DNA of 64,000 nt, taken from Waterburya sp. (GTDB lineage Bacteria > Cyanobacteriota > Cyanobacteriia > Cyanobacteriales > Xenococcaceae). Under the pieces are notes generated by a model. It was not told where the DNA came from. It did not search any database and worked only from the letters and a program-made list of their open reading frames with translations. The stretch covers positions 4,256,001 to 4,320,000 of the forward strand of contig CBDCJV010000002.1 of the NCBI GenBank assembly GCA_965217895.1, read 5' to 3'. The translations under genes were made by a program, and so were the position numbers. Of the stretch, positions 38,053 through 48,415 are shown in pieces; within the stretch, counting starts at the first letter, position 1; each line of letters begins with the position of its first letter.

Positions 38053-40815
38053 ATGGTAGCTACACCCCAAAGTCTCAATGAGTTTGTTAAATATCGCTTG
38101 CAATACATTTCAGGGAAAGAACGACAAGATGCCCAGATTTTTTTAGATAGATTCTTTCAGGCTTTTGGACATAAAGGCGTAAAAGAAGTTGGCGCGGATT
38201 ATGAAATCAAAATCAAAAAGGGTAGTAAGAAAGGTAATACTGGCTTTGCCGATTTAGTCTGGAAACCCCGTGTTCTGATTGAAATGAAATCTCAAGGGGA
38301 AGATTTAGGCAAACATTATCGACAAGCTTTTAACTACTGGACAAGAATCGTTCCCAATCGTCCGCGCTACGTAATGCTGTGCAACTTCGATCAGTTTTGG
38401 ATTTACGATTTTGATAATCAAGTTGATGAACCTGTTGATATTATTGAACTTCTGAAATTACCAGAAAGGGCATCTGCTTTTGGCTTTATGGGGTTGGAAG
38501 AAAAAAATTCCATCTTCCAAAATAATCAGGTAGAGGTAACTAAAGAAACTGCCCGTAAAATGGGCGAACTATGCGAAATTCTCAAGCAAAGAGGTAAAAG
38601 AGAAGGTTTTGATACTTTAGCAGCCCAAAGATTAGTTTTGCAATGTGTCTTGGCAATGTTTGCTGAAGATCGCAGGTTACTACCGCCAGATATGTTTATC
38701 GGCTGTATTCAAGACTGTCTGGGTGGTAAAAGTTCTTATGATGTTTTGGGTGGTTTATTTCAGGAGATGAATCGCCCAGGAATTACTCCTGCGGGCAAAT
38801 ATAAGGGCGTAGACTATTTTAATGGTGGTTTGTTTGCTACAGTTTATCCGATTGAATTAACTAAACAAGAATTAAACTATCTTGATGTAGCAGCGAGAGA
38901 AAACTGGAAACAAGTTCGTCCTACAATCTTTGGTAATATTTTTGAAGGTACGGCAAATAAAAAAGAACGTCATGCTTACGGGATGCACTTCACCTCCGAA
39001 GCCGACATCATGAAAATTGTCAAACCAACCATTAGCAATTATTGGGATGCCAAAATAGATGCTGCTAATACTATTGCCGAATTGAATTCTTTACAGTTAG
39101 AACTACAAAATTATAAAGTACTCGATCCTGCCTGTGGTTCAGGAAACTTTTTATATTTGGCGTATCAAGAGTTAAAAGAAATCGAAAAATCTCTACTTGA
39201 TAAAATAGCTTCTCGTCGTCGTTCGGAAACAGATAAACAACAAGTACAGATGGGTTTAGTTACTCCGTTGCAGTTTTACGGTATGGATATAAATCCTTTT
39301 GCAGTCGAGTTAGCTAAAGTAACTTTAACTATTGCTAAAAAAGTTGCAATTGATCGCTTGAATTTAACCGAACGAGAATTGCCTCTCGATACTTTAGATA
39401 ATAATATTGTTTGTCAAGATGCTTTATTTACCGAATGGGTAAAAGCTGACGCAATTATTGGCAATCCGCCGTTTTTGGGAGGAAAAAACATTAGAAGAGA
39501 TTTGGGAGATGAATATGTAGAGCAAGTTTTTCAGCAATTCCCTAATGTTAAAGATGTCGATTTTTGTAGCTATTGGTTTCGGTTAGCACAGGACAATATA
39601 AATGAAACGGGACGAGTCGGTTTGGTTGCTACAAATTCCATTAGTCAGGGAAAAAGCCGTAAAGTAACTTTAGATTATATAACCAATGAAGGTGGACATA
39701 TCCACGAGGCGATTTCTAGTCAAGTTTGGTCTGGTGAAGCAAAGGTTCATGTGAGTATCGTTAACTGGAGTTATGAACAACCAAAGCAATATTTTTTAGA
39801 TGATAAGCAAGTTAGCTTTATTAATTCTTCTTTGCAACCGCAAATTGATGTTTCTATTGCAAAAACTTTACAGGCAAACAATAATCAATGTTTTCAAGGA
39901 GTAATTCCAAATGGAAAAGGATTTATTATAACCGAACAAAAAGCAAATCAGTGGATTAAAGATAATTCAATGAATAAGAGAGTACTAAAGTTATTTTCTA
40001 TGGGAGCTAATTTAGCTCAAAATCCTTGTGGAAAACCCGATCGCTGGATTATAGATTTTGATGATATGTCTATTGAAGAAGCTGGTGATTTTGATAAACC
40101 TTTTGATAGAGTTAAATCAACTATTCCAATAGAAAGACAAAATAATAGGAATAAAAAATTACAAGAAAATTGGTGGAAATATGAAGGAAAAAGAATAGCT
40201 ATGAGACAAGCGATCGCGCCCTTGTCTTATTATTTTACAGTACCAAGAGTTTCTAAATGGGCAATCTTTATTCCTGCACCTATCAATTGGTTGCCTGGAG
40301 ATAAATCAATAGTAGTCGCTTCAGAAGATTATTATGTTTTAGGTATTCTGATATCTAATGTTCATCGTACTTGGATGGAAGCACAAAAATCAACTTTAAA
40401 AGCAAACATTGCCTATACTCACAAAACTTGTTTTGAAACTTTTCCTTTTCCGCAGAATCCTGATGTGAATACATCGTGTAAGGGCGAACGGCCGTTCGCC
40501 CCCACGGAAAAAATCCGCAATAAAACTATCGAATTGCATCAATATCGCACCGAACAAATGGAAAAGAAACAATGGGGTATTACTAAACTTTATAACGAAT
40601 ACTTTCGTGAACCAGCCAGCAAACTTTATCAGCTACATCAACAGCTAGACAAATTAGTTATGCAGGCTTATAACTTTAAAGCGGACGATAATATTTTGGA
40701 AAAACTTTTAGAGTTAAACCTTGAATTAGCCGAAAAAGAAAATCAAGGAGAAATAGTAATTGGTGCTGAGTCTCCTTTTGTCAACGAAATTGCTAATAAA
40801 AGTACTGGAAAATAA
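38053..40815 (+). CDS. MmeI-like type IIL restriction-modification enzyme
   Basis: ADLVW...LIEMK nuclease motif, YFNGGLF, LDPACGSGNFL, GNPPFLGG, C-terminal FETFPFP. Confidence 0.88.
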   Translation: MVATPQSLNEFVKYRLQYISGKERQDAQIFLDRFFQAFGHKGVKEVGADYEIKIKKGSKKGNTGFADLVWKPRVLIEMKSQGEDLGKHYRQAFNYWTRIVPNRPRYVMLCNFDQFWIYDFDNQVDEPVDIIELLKLPERASAFGFMGLEEKNSIFQNNQVEVTKETARKMGELCEILKQRGKREGFDTLAAQRLVLQCVLAMFAEDRRLLPPDMFIGCIQDCLGGKSSYDVLGGLFQEMNRPGITPAGKYKGVDYFNGGLFATVYPIELTKQELNYLDVAARENWKQVRPTIFGNIFEGTANKKERHAYGMHFTSEADIMKIVKPTISNYWDAKIDAANTIAELNSLQLELQNYKVLDPACGSGNFLYLAYQELKEIEKSLLDKIASRRRSETDKQQVQMGLVTPLQFYGMDINPFAVELAKVTLTIAKKVAIDRLNLTERELPLDTLDNNIVCQDALFTEWVKADAIIGNPPFLGGKNIRRDLGDEYVEQVFQQFPNVKDVDFCSYWFRLAQDNINETGRVGLVATNSISQGKSRKVTLDYITNEGGHIHEAISSQVWSGEAKVHVSIVNWSYEQPKQYFLDDKQVSFINSSLQPQIDVSIAKTLQANNNQCFQGVIPNGKGFIITEQKANQWIKDNSMNKRVLKLFSMGANLAQNPCGKPDRWIIDFDDMSIEEAGDFDKPFDRVKSTIPIERQNNRNKKLQENWWKYEGKRIAMRQAIAPLSYYFTVPRVSKWAIFIPAPINWLPGDKSIVVASEDYYVLGILISNVHRTWMEAQKSTLKANIAYTHKTCFETFPFPQNPDVNTSCKGERPFAPTEKIRNKTIELHQYRTEQMEKKQWGITKLYNEYFREPASKLYQLHQQLDKLVMQAYNFKADDNILEKLLELNLELAEKENQGEIVIGAESPFVNEIANKSTGK
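40478..40505. repeat. REP-like palindrome inside the RM gene
   Basis: GTAA-GGGCGAACGGCCGTTCGCCC-CCAC with a perfect 20-bp core at 40482-40501. Confidence 0.8.
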
Positions 40816-40919
40816 TCGCCTCGCTGCAATTGAATCACAAGCAACTTTGGAAGAAATACAAGAGTTTATCGATACGACAGAGAGACAGAAAGAAAAACTC
40901 ATTATTAGCTTAGAGGATA

Positions 40920-40988
40920 TAGGACACTTGCTACTTGTTACTTATGAGCAGTTTATTTTTCTATCTTAATCAATCAATGTACTGCGAT
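40920..40988 (+). repeat. Partial MITE copy related to 37237-37396, without the 69-bp insert
   Basis: GTTACTTATGAGCAGTTTATTTTTCTATCTTAATCAATCAATGTACTGCGAT aligns with 37344-37395. Confidence 0.7.
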
Positions 40989-41022
40989 CTATAATGCGAT
41001 CGCGTCTATCACTTTGCAAAAT

Positions 41023-41619
41023 TTATTTATACAGCGCAATGGATGAGTCGGGATCGACAACTACAACCCTATCGGCAGTAATATTCCCCGCTGCTGCCCC
41101 TGCTGCTGCACCACCAAGAATTTCTCCTGCACCTGCATTACCGAATACTTCACCTAAAATAGTGCCACCTGCTGCACCGATACCTGCATCTTCGGCGATC
41201 GCACCTGCGGATGTATCGCGGGGGTCTTTAGTATCTTTAATTACGCCAGAAGAGGCATTAATGCTGTAGCTATAGCCATCGTAAGTTACAGCGTTAGCAA
41301 CATAGCGCAATCCGCCTTCGGCTGGAACGTATTTACCTACTATAGTTGCTCCTGCAGGAACAACCACGCCGTCAATTTTGCCTTTTTCTTTAGCTATTAG
41401 GTTATAGGAATAAGTTTTATTATTATTAAGATAAAGGGTTTCTTTTTGCGCGCTTTTAGCTAACAAATCAGAATTAAATTTTTGAGCAACTAGTATTTGT
41501 GACTTTTGCTGACTTAATACTTGTTGAGGATATAATGATACGCCACCAAGCATTACTGCTGCTGTTGCCATCCAGCTAGAAATTTTAAAACTATTTTTTC
41601 CTTGATTAATATTAAACAT
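41023..41619 (-). CDS. Exported protein with glycine-zipper C-terminus
   Basis: Signal peptide; DAGIGAAGGTILG...GGAAAGAAAG. Confidence 0.65.
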   Translation of the reverse strand: MFNINQGKNSFKISSWMATAAVMLGGVSLYPQQVLSQQKSQILVAQKFNSDLLAKSAQKETLYLNNNKTYSYNLIAKEKGKIDGVVVPAGATIVGKYVPAEGGLRYVANAVTYDGYSYSINASSGVIKDTKDPRDTSAGAIAEDAGIGAAGGTILGEVFGNAGAGEILGGAAAGAAAGNITADRVVVVDPDSSIALYK

Positions 41620-41732
41620 CTTTAAGTAATTTACTTTTATTTACTTTTAGGATCTTTAATTGTATTTTTTAAATACTAATAATTAATCTATAGAAAGTTA
41701 GATTTTATTGTTGTATTTGCAATTCAAAAAGG

Positions 41733-42008
41733 CTATGATTCGCTATTAGAGGAGACATCTACTTCAGCTGGTTCAGATTGATTCAAATCTTTACTGGCTT
41801 CCAATTTCGCATTCATGCTAATAGATTTCTCAATATTTTCGGCTTCTTTCTTAAATTCATTTTCAAATTCCTTGGAGGCATCCTGAAAACTACGAAGAGT
41901 TTTGGCAACGCTGCGACCAATTTCAGGTAGTTTTTTGGGTCCAAATACCAATAGAGCAACTATTGTAATTAAAGCCATTTCTGGTAAACCAATGCCAAAA
42001 ATGTTCAT
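41733..42008 (-). CDS. tatA: Twin-arginine translocase TatA/E
   Basis: FGIGLPEM...ALLVFGPKKLPEIGRS. Confidence 0.92.
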   Translation of the reverse strand: MNIFGIGLPEMALITIVALLVFGPKKLPEIGRSVAKTLRSFQDASKEFENEFKKEAENIEKSISMNAKLEASKDLNQSEPAEVDVSSNSES

Positions 42009-42129
42009 TATCTCAGACTTCCTAATAAGTTTAGTAAATTGAATATATTAGTCTGACCCTCAAAGCAAATTGAGGATCGAACTATGGTATTAGCTAATTC
42101 AATAGTTAATAAATCTGTGGCTAAATTGT

Positions 42130-42333
42130 CTATCGACTTAGAGTTCTCCAGTCAACATCAATTCCTTCTAAAATTAAAGAAGAATTATAAAGTTGCAGAA
42201 TAATTAACAAGAAAACAAGAAATAAAGCCATAAAGACTCCCATTAAGATGGTTGTTCCCCAACCAGGAGCAACTTTACCATATTCAGAATTTAAAGGTTT
42301 GAGAATATTTCCCAAACGAGTTTGCTGTGACAT
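42130..42333 (-). CDS. psbH: Photosystem II protein H
   Basis: [21 protein letters not shown]...[11 protein letters not shown]. Confidence 0.97.
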   Translation of the reverse strand: MSQQTRLGNILKPLNSEYGKVAPGWGTTILMGVFMALFLVFLLIILQLYNSSLILEGIDVDWRTLSR

Positions 42334-42416
42334 AGTTCACTAATTATGTAAAATCGGGTTTTTCGTAATCTTCTGTAATATTATAAAGGAAGAGTAATCA
42401 TAATTTATATATACTT

Positions 42417-42548
42417 ATGGAACCTGCAATAGTTCTTAGCATCGGTATAGGGACTGTATTAGTCGCTATTACTGGATTTTCAATTTATACAGCTTTTGGT
42501 CCACCGTCTATCGATCTAGGCGATCCTTTTGAAGATCATGAGGATTAG
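42417..42548 (+). CDS. psbN: PsbN (43 aa, not in the ORF track)
   Basis: MEPAIVLSIGIGTVLVAITGFSIYTAFGPPSIDLGDPFEDHED*, divergent from psbH. Confidence 0.95.
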   Translation: MEPAIVLSIGIGTVLVAITGFSIYTAFGPPSIDLGDPFEDHED

Positions 42549-42593
42549 TAATCTAATAACCAATGATTGATAATTTGTTAGCGTATTGCGATC

Positions 42594-42691
42594 GCAACAT
42601 ACTTGATATCAAGTATGTTGCCTTGGACTTTACAGACATTGAACATTAAAATAACTAAATTTGAAATGCGATCGCCAACTTGGCGATCGCA
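42594..42691. repeat. Two perfect inverted repeats between convergent psbN and gap2
   Basis: GCAACATACTTGAT/ATCAAGTATGTTGC (42594-42621) and TGCGATCGCCAA-C-TTGGCGATCGCA (42667-42691). Confidence 0.7.
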
Positions 42692-42759
42692 CTTTGCTCA
42701 CTAACGTCAATAATCTCGAATGGGAAGGCTGAAAGTCTGGGTTGATTACCTGCTCGCTC

Positions 42760-43773
42760 TTACATTTCTTTGGCAACTAGTTGAGCTAGGTCAACAACGC
42801 GCTGAGAATAACCCCACTCATTGTCATACCAAGCAATGACTTTAATCATGTCTCCGTCCAAGACCATAGTGAGCTGTCCATCAATGGTGGAAGAAACGTT
42901 AGTACCTTTAAAGTCAGAAGATACTAGAGGCAAGTCTGTAAAACCCAAAATGCCTTTAAGGGTTGTTTCCGAAGCTTTTTTAAGTGCATCGTTGACTTCT
43001 TCGGCAATAGTTTTCTTCTCAACCTGAGCCACCAAATCAACTACAGATACATTAGGAGTAGGTACGCGCATGGCAATACCGTTAAGCTTTCCTTTTACCT
43101 GTGGATATACAAGAGCTACGGCTTTAGCTGCACCAGTAGAGGTAGGTACAATATTTTCTGCTGCTGCTCTGGCTCTTCTAAGATCGCGGTGGCTAGCGTC
43201 AAGAATACGTTGGTCCCCCGTATAGCTGTGGGTAGTGGTCATTGCCCCTTTAATAATGCCATACTGCTCATTGATCACTTTAACAATGGGAGCTAGGCAA
43301 TTTGTAGTACAGCTTGCATTGCTAAGAATGTCAAACTCACCATGCTTGTATTGATCGTCGTTAACGCCCATCACATAGGTACCAATATCAGGACCACTAC
43401 CAGGAGCAGTAATAACTACTTTCTTTGCTCCTGCCTGTAGGTGTTTGCCAGCACCAGGGGCATCACGAAAAACACCAGTAGATTCGATCACAAGATCGAT
43501 ATCCCATTCTTTCCAAGGCAAGTTTAAGGGATTGCGATCGGAGACGCATTTAATTGTTTTGCCGTTGACGATCAAAGAGTTATTGTCATGACTAATATCC
43601 GCATCTAAAACACCCAGCATAGTGTCATACTTCAATAAGTGAGAGTTAGTTTTAGGATCGGAAGTATCGTTGATACCTACCAACTCTAGATTGGTGTCGT
43701 TTCCTCTACTTAATAGACATCTGACGAAGTTACGTCCAATACGTCCAAAACCGTTAATCGCTACTCTGACCAC
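42760..43773 (-). CDS. gap2: NAD(P)-dependent glyceraldehyde-3-phosphate dehydrogenase
   Basis: [53 protein letters not shown]. Confidence 0.95.
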   Translation of the reverse strand: MVRVAINGFGRIGRNFVRCLLSRGNDTNLELVGINDTSDPKTNSHLLKYDTMLGVLDADISHDNNSLIVNGKTIKCVSDRNPLNLPWKEWDIDLVIESTGVFRDAPGAGKHLQAGAKKVVITAPGSGPDIGTYVMGVNDDQYKHGEFDILSNASCTTNCLAPIVKVINEQYGIIKGAMTTTHSYTGDQRILDASHRDLRRARAAAENIVPTSTGAAKAVALVYPQVKGKLNGIAMRVPTPNVSVVDLVAQVEKKTIAEEVNDALKKASETTLKGILGFTDLPLVSSDFKGTNVSSTIDGQLTMVLDGDMIKVIAWYDNEWGYSQRVVDLAQLVAKEM

Positions 43774-44146
43774 TATTTCTTGCCCTCTAATTTTATTAGG
43801 TTAATAGATTAAAACATTCTTAATAAGACTCATCATATCGTAAAGTAAGCACAATTCAAGACCCTATTTATAAATCAGTTTGGAGGTCTATCAAGGCTAA
43901 AAAAGAGGTCAAATAGTTTGATTAACATTAAATAAATTAAGAAAATCCGACAATGTTGTCTTTAAAGTAATTAAGCTCTTGATTTTTCGGTAATTTCTCC
44001 CAATATATCTATATTGAAAAATAAATTTAATTATTTACAAGCTATTGTTTATACCTAAGTTCAAAAAAATATTGTTATCATAGCCCGTATTGTTTAAAGC
44101 GATGTCAAGTCTTAGACTACTCAACATTAGAACAATAGAGTAATCT

Positions 44147-45670
44147 GTGATTCTTGAGCAGAATTTTTGTGTTATGGCAGGAGATAAAAGGGTGACAAAA
44201 ATAGATTTAAATGGTAGACCATTTCACTTTATCGGTGTGGGTGGAATTGGAATGTCGGCTTTGGCATACATTGTTGCTCAACGCCAACTGCCAGTATCTG
44301 GTTCTGATTTGCGTTCTAGCCATATTACCGATCGCCTGGAAACTTTAGGAGTTAAAAATTTTTATGGTCACGAGGCAAGTAATATCAATTCTTTTATTTC
44401 TCCTGGTAAAGAGCCTCAACCATTACCAGTAACTGCGGGAGGACAAGCGGAAATTATTCCAGCAGTTGAGATTTTAAATAATTGTGCTAATTCTTTACCC
44501 CAGGTTATTTGTTCGACAGCGATCGCCCTTACCAATCCCGAATATCAGGCAGCAGTGAAGCTAGGCTGCCCGATTTTTCACCGCTCCGATCTTTTAGCAG
44601 CTTTAATTGGACAGTATAAAGGTATAGCGGTTTCAGGAACACACGGTAAAACTACTACCAGTAGCTTAATCGGCTATATGCTGCTAGCAAGCGGTGTCGA
44701 TCCAACCATCATTGTTGGCGGGGAGGTTGATGCTTGGGATGGTAACGCGCGCTGCGGACAGGGAGAATATTTAGTAGCTGAAGCAGACGAATCTGATGGC
44801 TCTTTAGTTAAACATCACCCTAATATCGGTGTGATTACCAATATTGAACTAGATCATCCCGATCGCTATCAAGACATTCGTGAACTAATTGACATCTTTC
44901 AGACTTTTGCGGGACAGTGTAATACTCTAATTGGCTGTATTGACGATCCAATTATTCGGGACGAATTGGCGTTGACTATTAGCTATAGTCTTGATCCTTC
45001 TACAGGCGCACACTATACAGCCAAAAACATTACCTATCATGATCGAGGAAGTAATGCCGACATTTGGGAGCGGGGAGTATATCTAGGAAAATTACAGTTA
45101 CCAATGTTAGGGGAACATAACCTTAGTAATGCCCTTGCTGCGATCGCTGTGGGCAGAAAGATAGGTTTAGAATTTGCCACTATTTCTCAGTCAATATCCA
45201 CATTTGCAGGCACAAAAAGGCGGTTTGAACATCGGGGAGAAGCTAACGGTATTACTTTTATTGATGACTATGCCCATCATCCTAGCGAAATTGACGTTAC
45301 TATAGCTGCTGGTAAGCTGAGGGTATCAGGGAACAACGATTTAAAAAGAGTGGTGGCAATTTTTCAACCCCATCGCTATAGTCGCACCAAGACTTTTTTG
45401 ACTGAGTTTGCAGCAGTTTTGAAAAACGCAGACGTGGTTGTGATCGCCGATATTTATAGTGCAGGAGAGAAAAATACCTTTGGAATTAGTGGAGAGGACT
45501 TAGCTAAAGCAATTGCACCTAACCACAGCAATGTTCACTATCATGCTGATGTTAACTCTATCGCCGACTTTTTACATCAAGAAATATTGCAGCCAGGAGA
45601 TTTAGCAATGTTCCTTGGTGCGGGTAATCTAAATCAATCAATTCCTAAGACTATTACCCTTTTTCAATGA
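44147..45670 (+). CDS. murC: UDP-N-acetylmuramate--L-alanine ligase
   Basis: GVGGIGMSALA, GTHGKTTT, EADESDG, DDYAHHP, FQPHRYSRT. Start may be 44174 or 44192. Confidence 0.96.
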   Translation: MILEQNFCVMAGDKRVTKIDLNGRPFHFIGVGGIGMSALAYIVAQRQLPVSGSDLRSSHITDRLETLGVKNFYGHEASNINSFISPGKEPQPLPVTAGGQAEIIPAVEILNNCANSLPQVICSTAIALTNPEYQAAVKLGCPIFHRSDLLAALIGQYKGIAVSGTHGKTTTSSLIGYMLLASGVDPTIIVGGEVDAWDGNARCGQGEYLVAEADESDGSLVKHHPNIGVITNIELDHPDRYQDIRELIDIFQTFAGQCNTLIGCIDDPIIRDELALTISYSLDPSTGAHYTAKNITYHDRGSNADIWERGVYLGKLQLPMLGEHNLSNALAAIAVGRKIGLEFATISQSISTFAGTKRRFEHRGEANGITFIDDYAHHPSEIDVTIAAGKLRVSGNNDLKRVVAIFQPHRYSRTKTFLTEFAAVLKNADVVVIADIYSAGEKNTFGISGEDLAKAIAPNHSNVHYHADVNSIADFLHQEILQPGDLAMFLGAGNLNQSIPKTITLFQ

Positions 45671-45694
45671 GCAATGAACAATGACCATTTGCAG

Positions 45695-45753
45695 GGTGGG
45701 CAAACTAGAAAAAGATGCTCAACAAAATATTTAAAGAACTCAATTTGCCCACC
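45695..45753. repeat. REP-like inverted repeat
   Basis: GGTGGGCAAA ... TTTGCCCACC; related GTAAGGTGGGC...CCAGCCTAC at 56561-56654. Confidence 0.55.
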
Positions 45754-45793
45754 ACGCCCAAAATAAGCTTTTTTAGCAATTAGTAACTATGAC

Positions 45794-46672
45794 ATGAACA
45801 ATCTAATCCAGTCGGGAATATCTTTGGCAAATCAGACTTCATACAAAGTTGGTGGAAATGCCCAATGGTATGCTGCACCGAGAAATTGGGCTGAACTTGA
45901 GGCTAGTTTTGAATGGTATCAGTCTCAGGATATACCCTTAACTTTGCTTGGGGCTGGTTCAAACTTACTGATTAGCGATCGCGGTATTCCTGGTTTTGTG
46001 CTTTCGACTCGCTATTTTCGTAGTTATAAATTTGACTCCCAAACAGGTTTATTAACTGCTGATGCAGGAGAGGCGATCGCTAAATTGGCTTGGAAAGCAG
46101 CGAAAAGAGGCTTGAAGGGCTTGGAGTGGGCAGTAGGTATTCCAGGTACGGTAGGCGGGGGTGTGGTGATGAATGCAGGAGCGCACACATCCTGTATGGC
46201 AGATATTTTAGTTAGTGCTACCGTCTTATCAGCCGACGGCACAATTGCCGAAGTCACACCAGCAGAACTGGCATACAGCTATCGTACATCTAATCTGCAA
46301 GGAGGCGATCGCCTTGTTGTTAAAGCGACAATGCAGCTTGAGCCTGGTTATAGTAAAGCTGAGATGATCGAGCTTTCCAACCAAAATTGGACACAGCGCA
46401 AGACAACTCAGCCTTATCATTTGCCTAGCTGTGGTAGCGTTTTCCGTAATCCTCAGCCTCATGCAGCAGCAAGGCTAATAGAACAGCTTGGCTTGAAAGG
46501 CTATAAAATTGGCGATGCTCAAATAGCTCATCGCCATGCCAACTTTTTTCTTAACTGCGGTACGGCTACCGCCAAAGATATATTTGAATTAATTCGCTAT
46601 GCTCAAGAAAAAGTAGAATATCATTGTTCAGTATCTTTAGAGCCAGAAGTTAAGCTAATTGGAGAATTTTAG
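45794..46672 (+). CDS. murB: UDP-N-acetylenolpyruvoylglucosamine reductase
   Basis: GAGSNLL, GIPGTVGG..MNAGA, PSCGSVFRNP, HANF. Confidence 0.96.
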   Translation: MNNLIQSGISLANQTSYKVGGNAQWYAAPRNWAELEASFEWYQSQDIPLTLLGAGSNLLISDRGIPGFVLSTRYFRSYKFDSQTGLLTADAGEAIAKLAWKAAKRGLKGLEWAVGIPGTVGGGVVMNAGAHTSCMADILVSATVLSADGTIAEVTPAELAYSYRTSNLQGGDRLVVKATMQLEPGYSKAEMIELSNQNWTQRKTTQPYHLPSCGSVFRNPQPHAAARLIEQLGLKGYKIGDAQIAHRHANFFLNCGTATAKDIFELIRYAQEKVEYHCSVSLEPEVKLIGEF

Positions 46673-46751
46673 ATCTCTTATTTCTAGGCTAAACTTATTG
46701 TTCTCGTTAATTTCGTAGTCACTAATATAAAAGCTAACAACTAAAATAGAT

Positions 46752-47090
46752 ATGGCAGGAAAAGGATTTGGTCCATTAGGAAAAATGAAAGAACTTGCTG
46801 ATGCTTTTAAAAAGGCGCAGGAAGTCCAAGCAGGAGCGCAACAACTCCAAAATGAATTGGAACAGCTAGAGATTGAAGGAACTAGCGAAGACGGGCTAGT
46901 TAAGGTAGTCATGAGCGGTAATCAAGAACCCCGTCGTGTCGAGATTTCCCCTGATGCTATGTCTCAGGGAGCAGAAGCTCTTTCTGCATCTGTAACAGCC
47001 GCTATGACATCTGCCTATGAACAGTCTACAGACATGATGCGCGGACGTATGGAAGAATTAACCAGCGGTTTGAATCTTCCTGGAATGTAA
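46752..47090 (+). CDS. YbaB/EbfC nucleoid-associated protein
   Basis: KKAQEVQ...LQ.EL...[16 protein letters not shown]. Confidence 0.9.
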   Translation: MAGKGFGPLGKMKELADAFKKAQEVQAGAQQLQNELEQLEIEGTSEDGLVKVVMSGNQEPRRVEISPDAMSQGAEALSASVTAAMTSAYEQSTDMMRGRMEELTSGLNLPGM

Positions 47091-47113
47091 TAATATTTCA
47101 ATGATCGATTATC

Positions 47114-47149
47114 AATTAGGAGTGTTTATTAAATGCTCCTAATTTTTTT
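47114..47149 (+). terminator. Intrinsic terminator
   Basis: AATTAGGAG...CTCCTAATT followed by a T run. Confidence 0.7.
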
Positions 47150-47226
47150 GTCTAGTAGTTCAACAACAGTTAAAGCATCAGAGATTTATACTAGATAAAT
47201 AGTGAATAGATAAAGAAAATAGCATC

Positions 47227-47832
47227 ATGATTCAAGCTTTACCCCAATTAGTAAGTTTTGAAGAATTTTTGCTTTGGAAGCCAGAAGGTAGAAGCTATGA
47301 ACTCCACGATGGAGTAATTACTGAAACGCACCCTACGGGAAAGCATGAAGAAATTACTGGTTTCCTGGCTACCGAATTGGCAGTGGAATACAGAAGATTA
47401 AAGCTACCTTATTTCATACCAAAAACCGTATTGGTTAAGCCCCAAGACAAACAGTCAGGCTATTCTCCTGATGTACTTGTTTTAAATCGTTCAGTTTCAA
47501 ACCAAGAAGAGTTATGGCAAAAACATTCTACGGTTTAACAATCAGAATCTATTCCTTTAATTGTTGAAGTAGTTAGCACCAACTGGCGCGATGATTACTT
47601 AACCAAGCTAAGAGATTACGAGGAAATTGGTGTTCAAGAATATTGGATTGTAGATTATCTGGCTTTAGGAGGTAGACGTTATATTGGCAATCCCAAGCAG
47701 CCGACAATTTCTATTTATCAATTAGTCGATGGAGAATATCAGGTTAACCAATTTAAAAATAGCGATCGCCTTTCTTCAGTTTTTCCTGAGTTAAAACTTA
47801 GCGCACAACAAATTTTTCAAGCATCAGATTGA
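47227..47832 (+). pseudogene. Uma2-family endonuclease with in-frame TAA at 47536-47538
   Basis: YELHDG...PDVLVL before the stop; the same frame continues IPLIVEVVSTNWRDDY..K..DYE.IGV.EYWIVD to TGA at 47830-47832. Confidence 0.85.
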
Positions 47833-47851
47833 TTTAATGTTTGAAATAAAA

Positions 47852-48367
47852 CTAATCTCTACATCCTAAGCTGTATCTAGTTTCTACTCCTGTAGTGGGG
47901 TTGACCCCTTCTGCTCTTTTACACATCTGAGATATTTGATAGCGATCTAAAATAGCGTCGGTAAAGTCAGCACCAGTAATATTTGCTCCTTCAAAGTTAG
48001 TACTAGTAGCAACCGCGTCTTTAAAAATAGCGTTGGTTAAATCAGAGTTTTCAAAAGATACACGATCCATTAAAGAACTAGTGAAGTTAGAATCTTTGAG
48101 GTTGGTATTAATAAAAATCCCTTTAGTTAAGATTGAGTTACTCACGTCTGAACCTTCAAAATTAGAACCTCTAGCATCGGCGGCAGCAAATACACCGCCG
48201 ACAAGGTTTTTGTGAGAGAAATCCTGTCTGCGTATTTCGCTGTATGTATAATTTACCGCATTGTCTTGAGCCATAGCAGGAGTAGCTTTTAATAATACCC
48301 AGATTATGGCGATCGCTATAATAACCAAGATGTTAAGTAAGTGCTGTTTTAATTGGGATAAAATCAT
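47852..48367 (-). CDS. Pentapeptide-repeat protein with signal peptide
   Basis: Pentapeptide repeats (SDLTNAIF, ANITGADFTDA) and C-terminal C.RAEGVNP.TGV.TR.SLGC. Confidence 0.88.
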   Translation of the reverse strand: MILSQLKQHLLNILVIIAIAIIWVLLKATPAMAQDNAVNYTYSEIRRQDFSHKNLVGGVFAAADARGSNFEGSDVSNSILTKGIFINTNLKDSNFTSSLMDRVSFENSDLTNAIFKDAVATSTNFEGANITGADFTDAILDRYQISQMCKRAEGVNPTTGVETRYSLGCRD

Positions 48368-48415
48368 GAATTTAAGAATAATATTTTTTTTTAAATTTAG
48401 TGTTGGTTAATACGC

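Noticed and set aside
40760..40969. 69-aa ORF after the RM gene
   Set aside because: Overlaps the RM gene end and runs into a MITE copy; at best a gene fragment.
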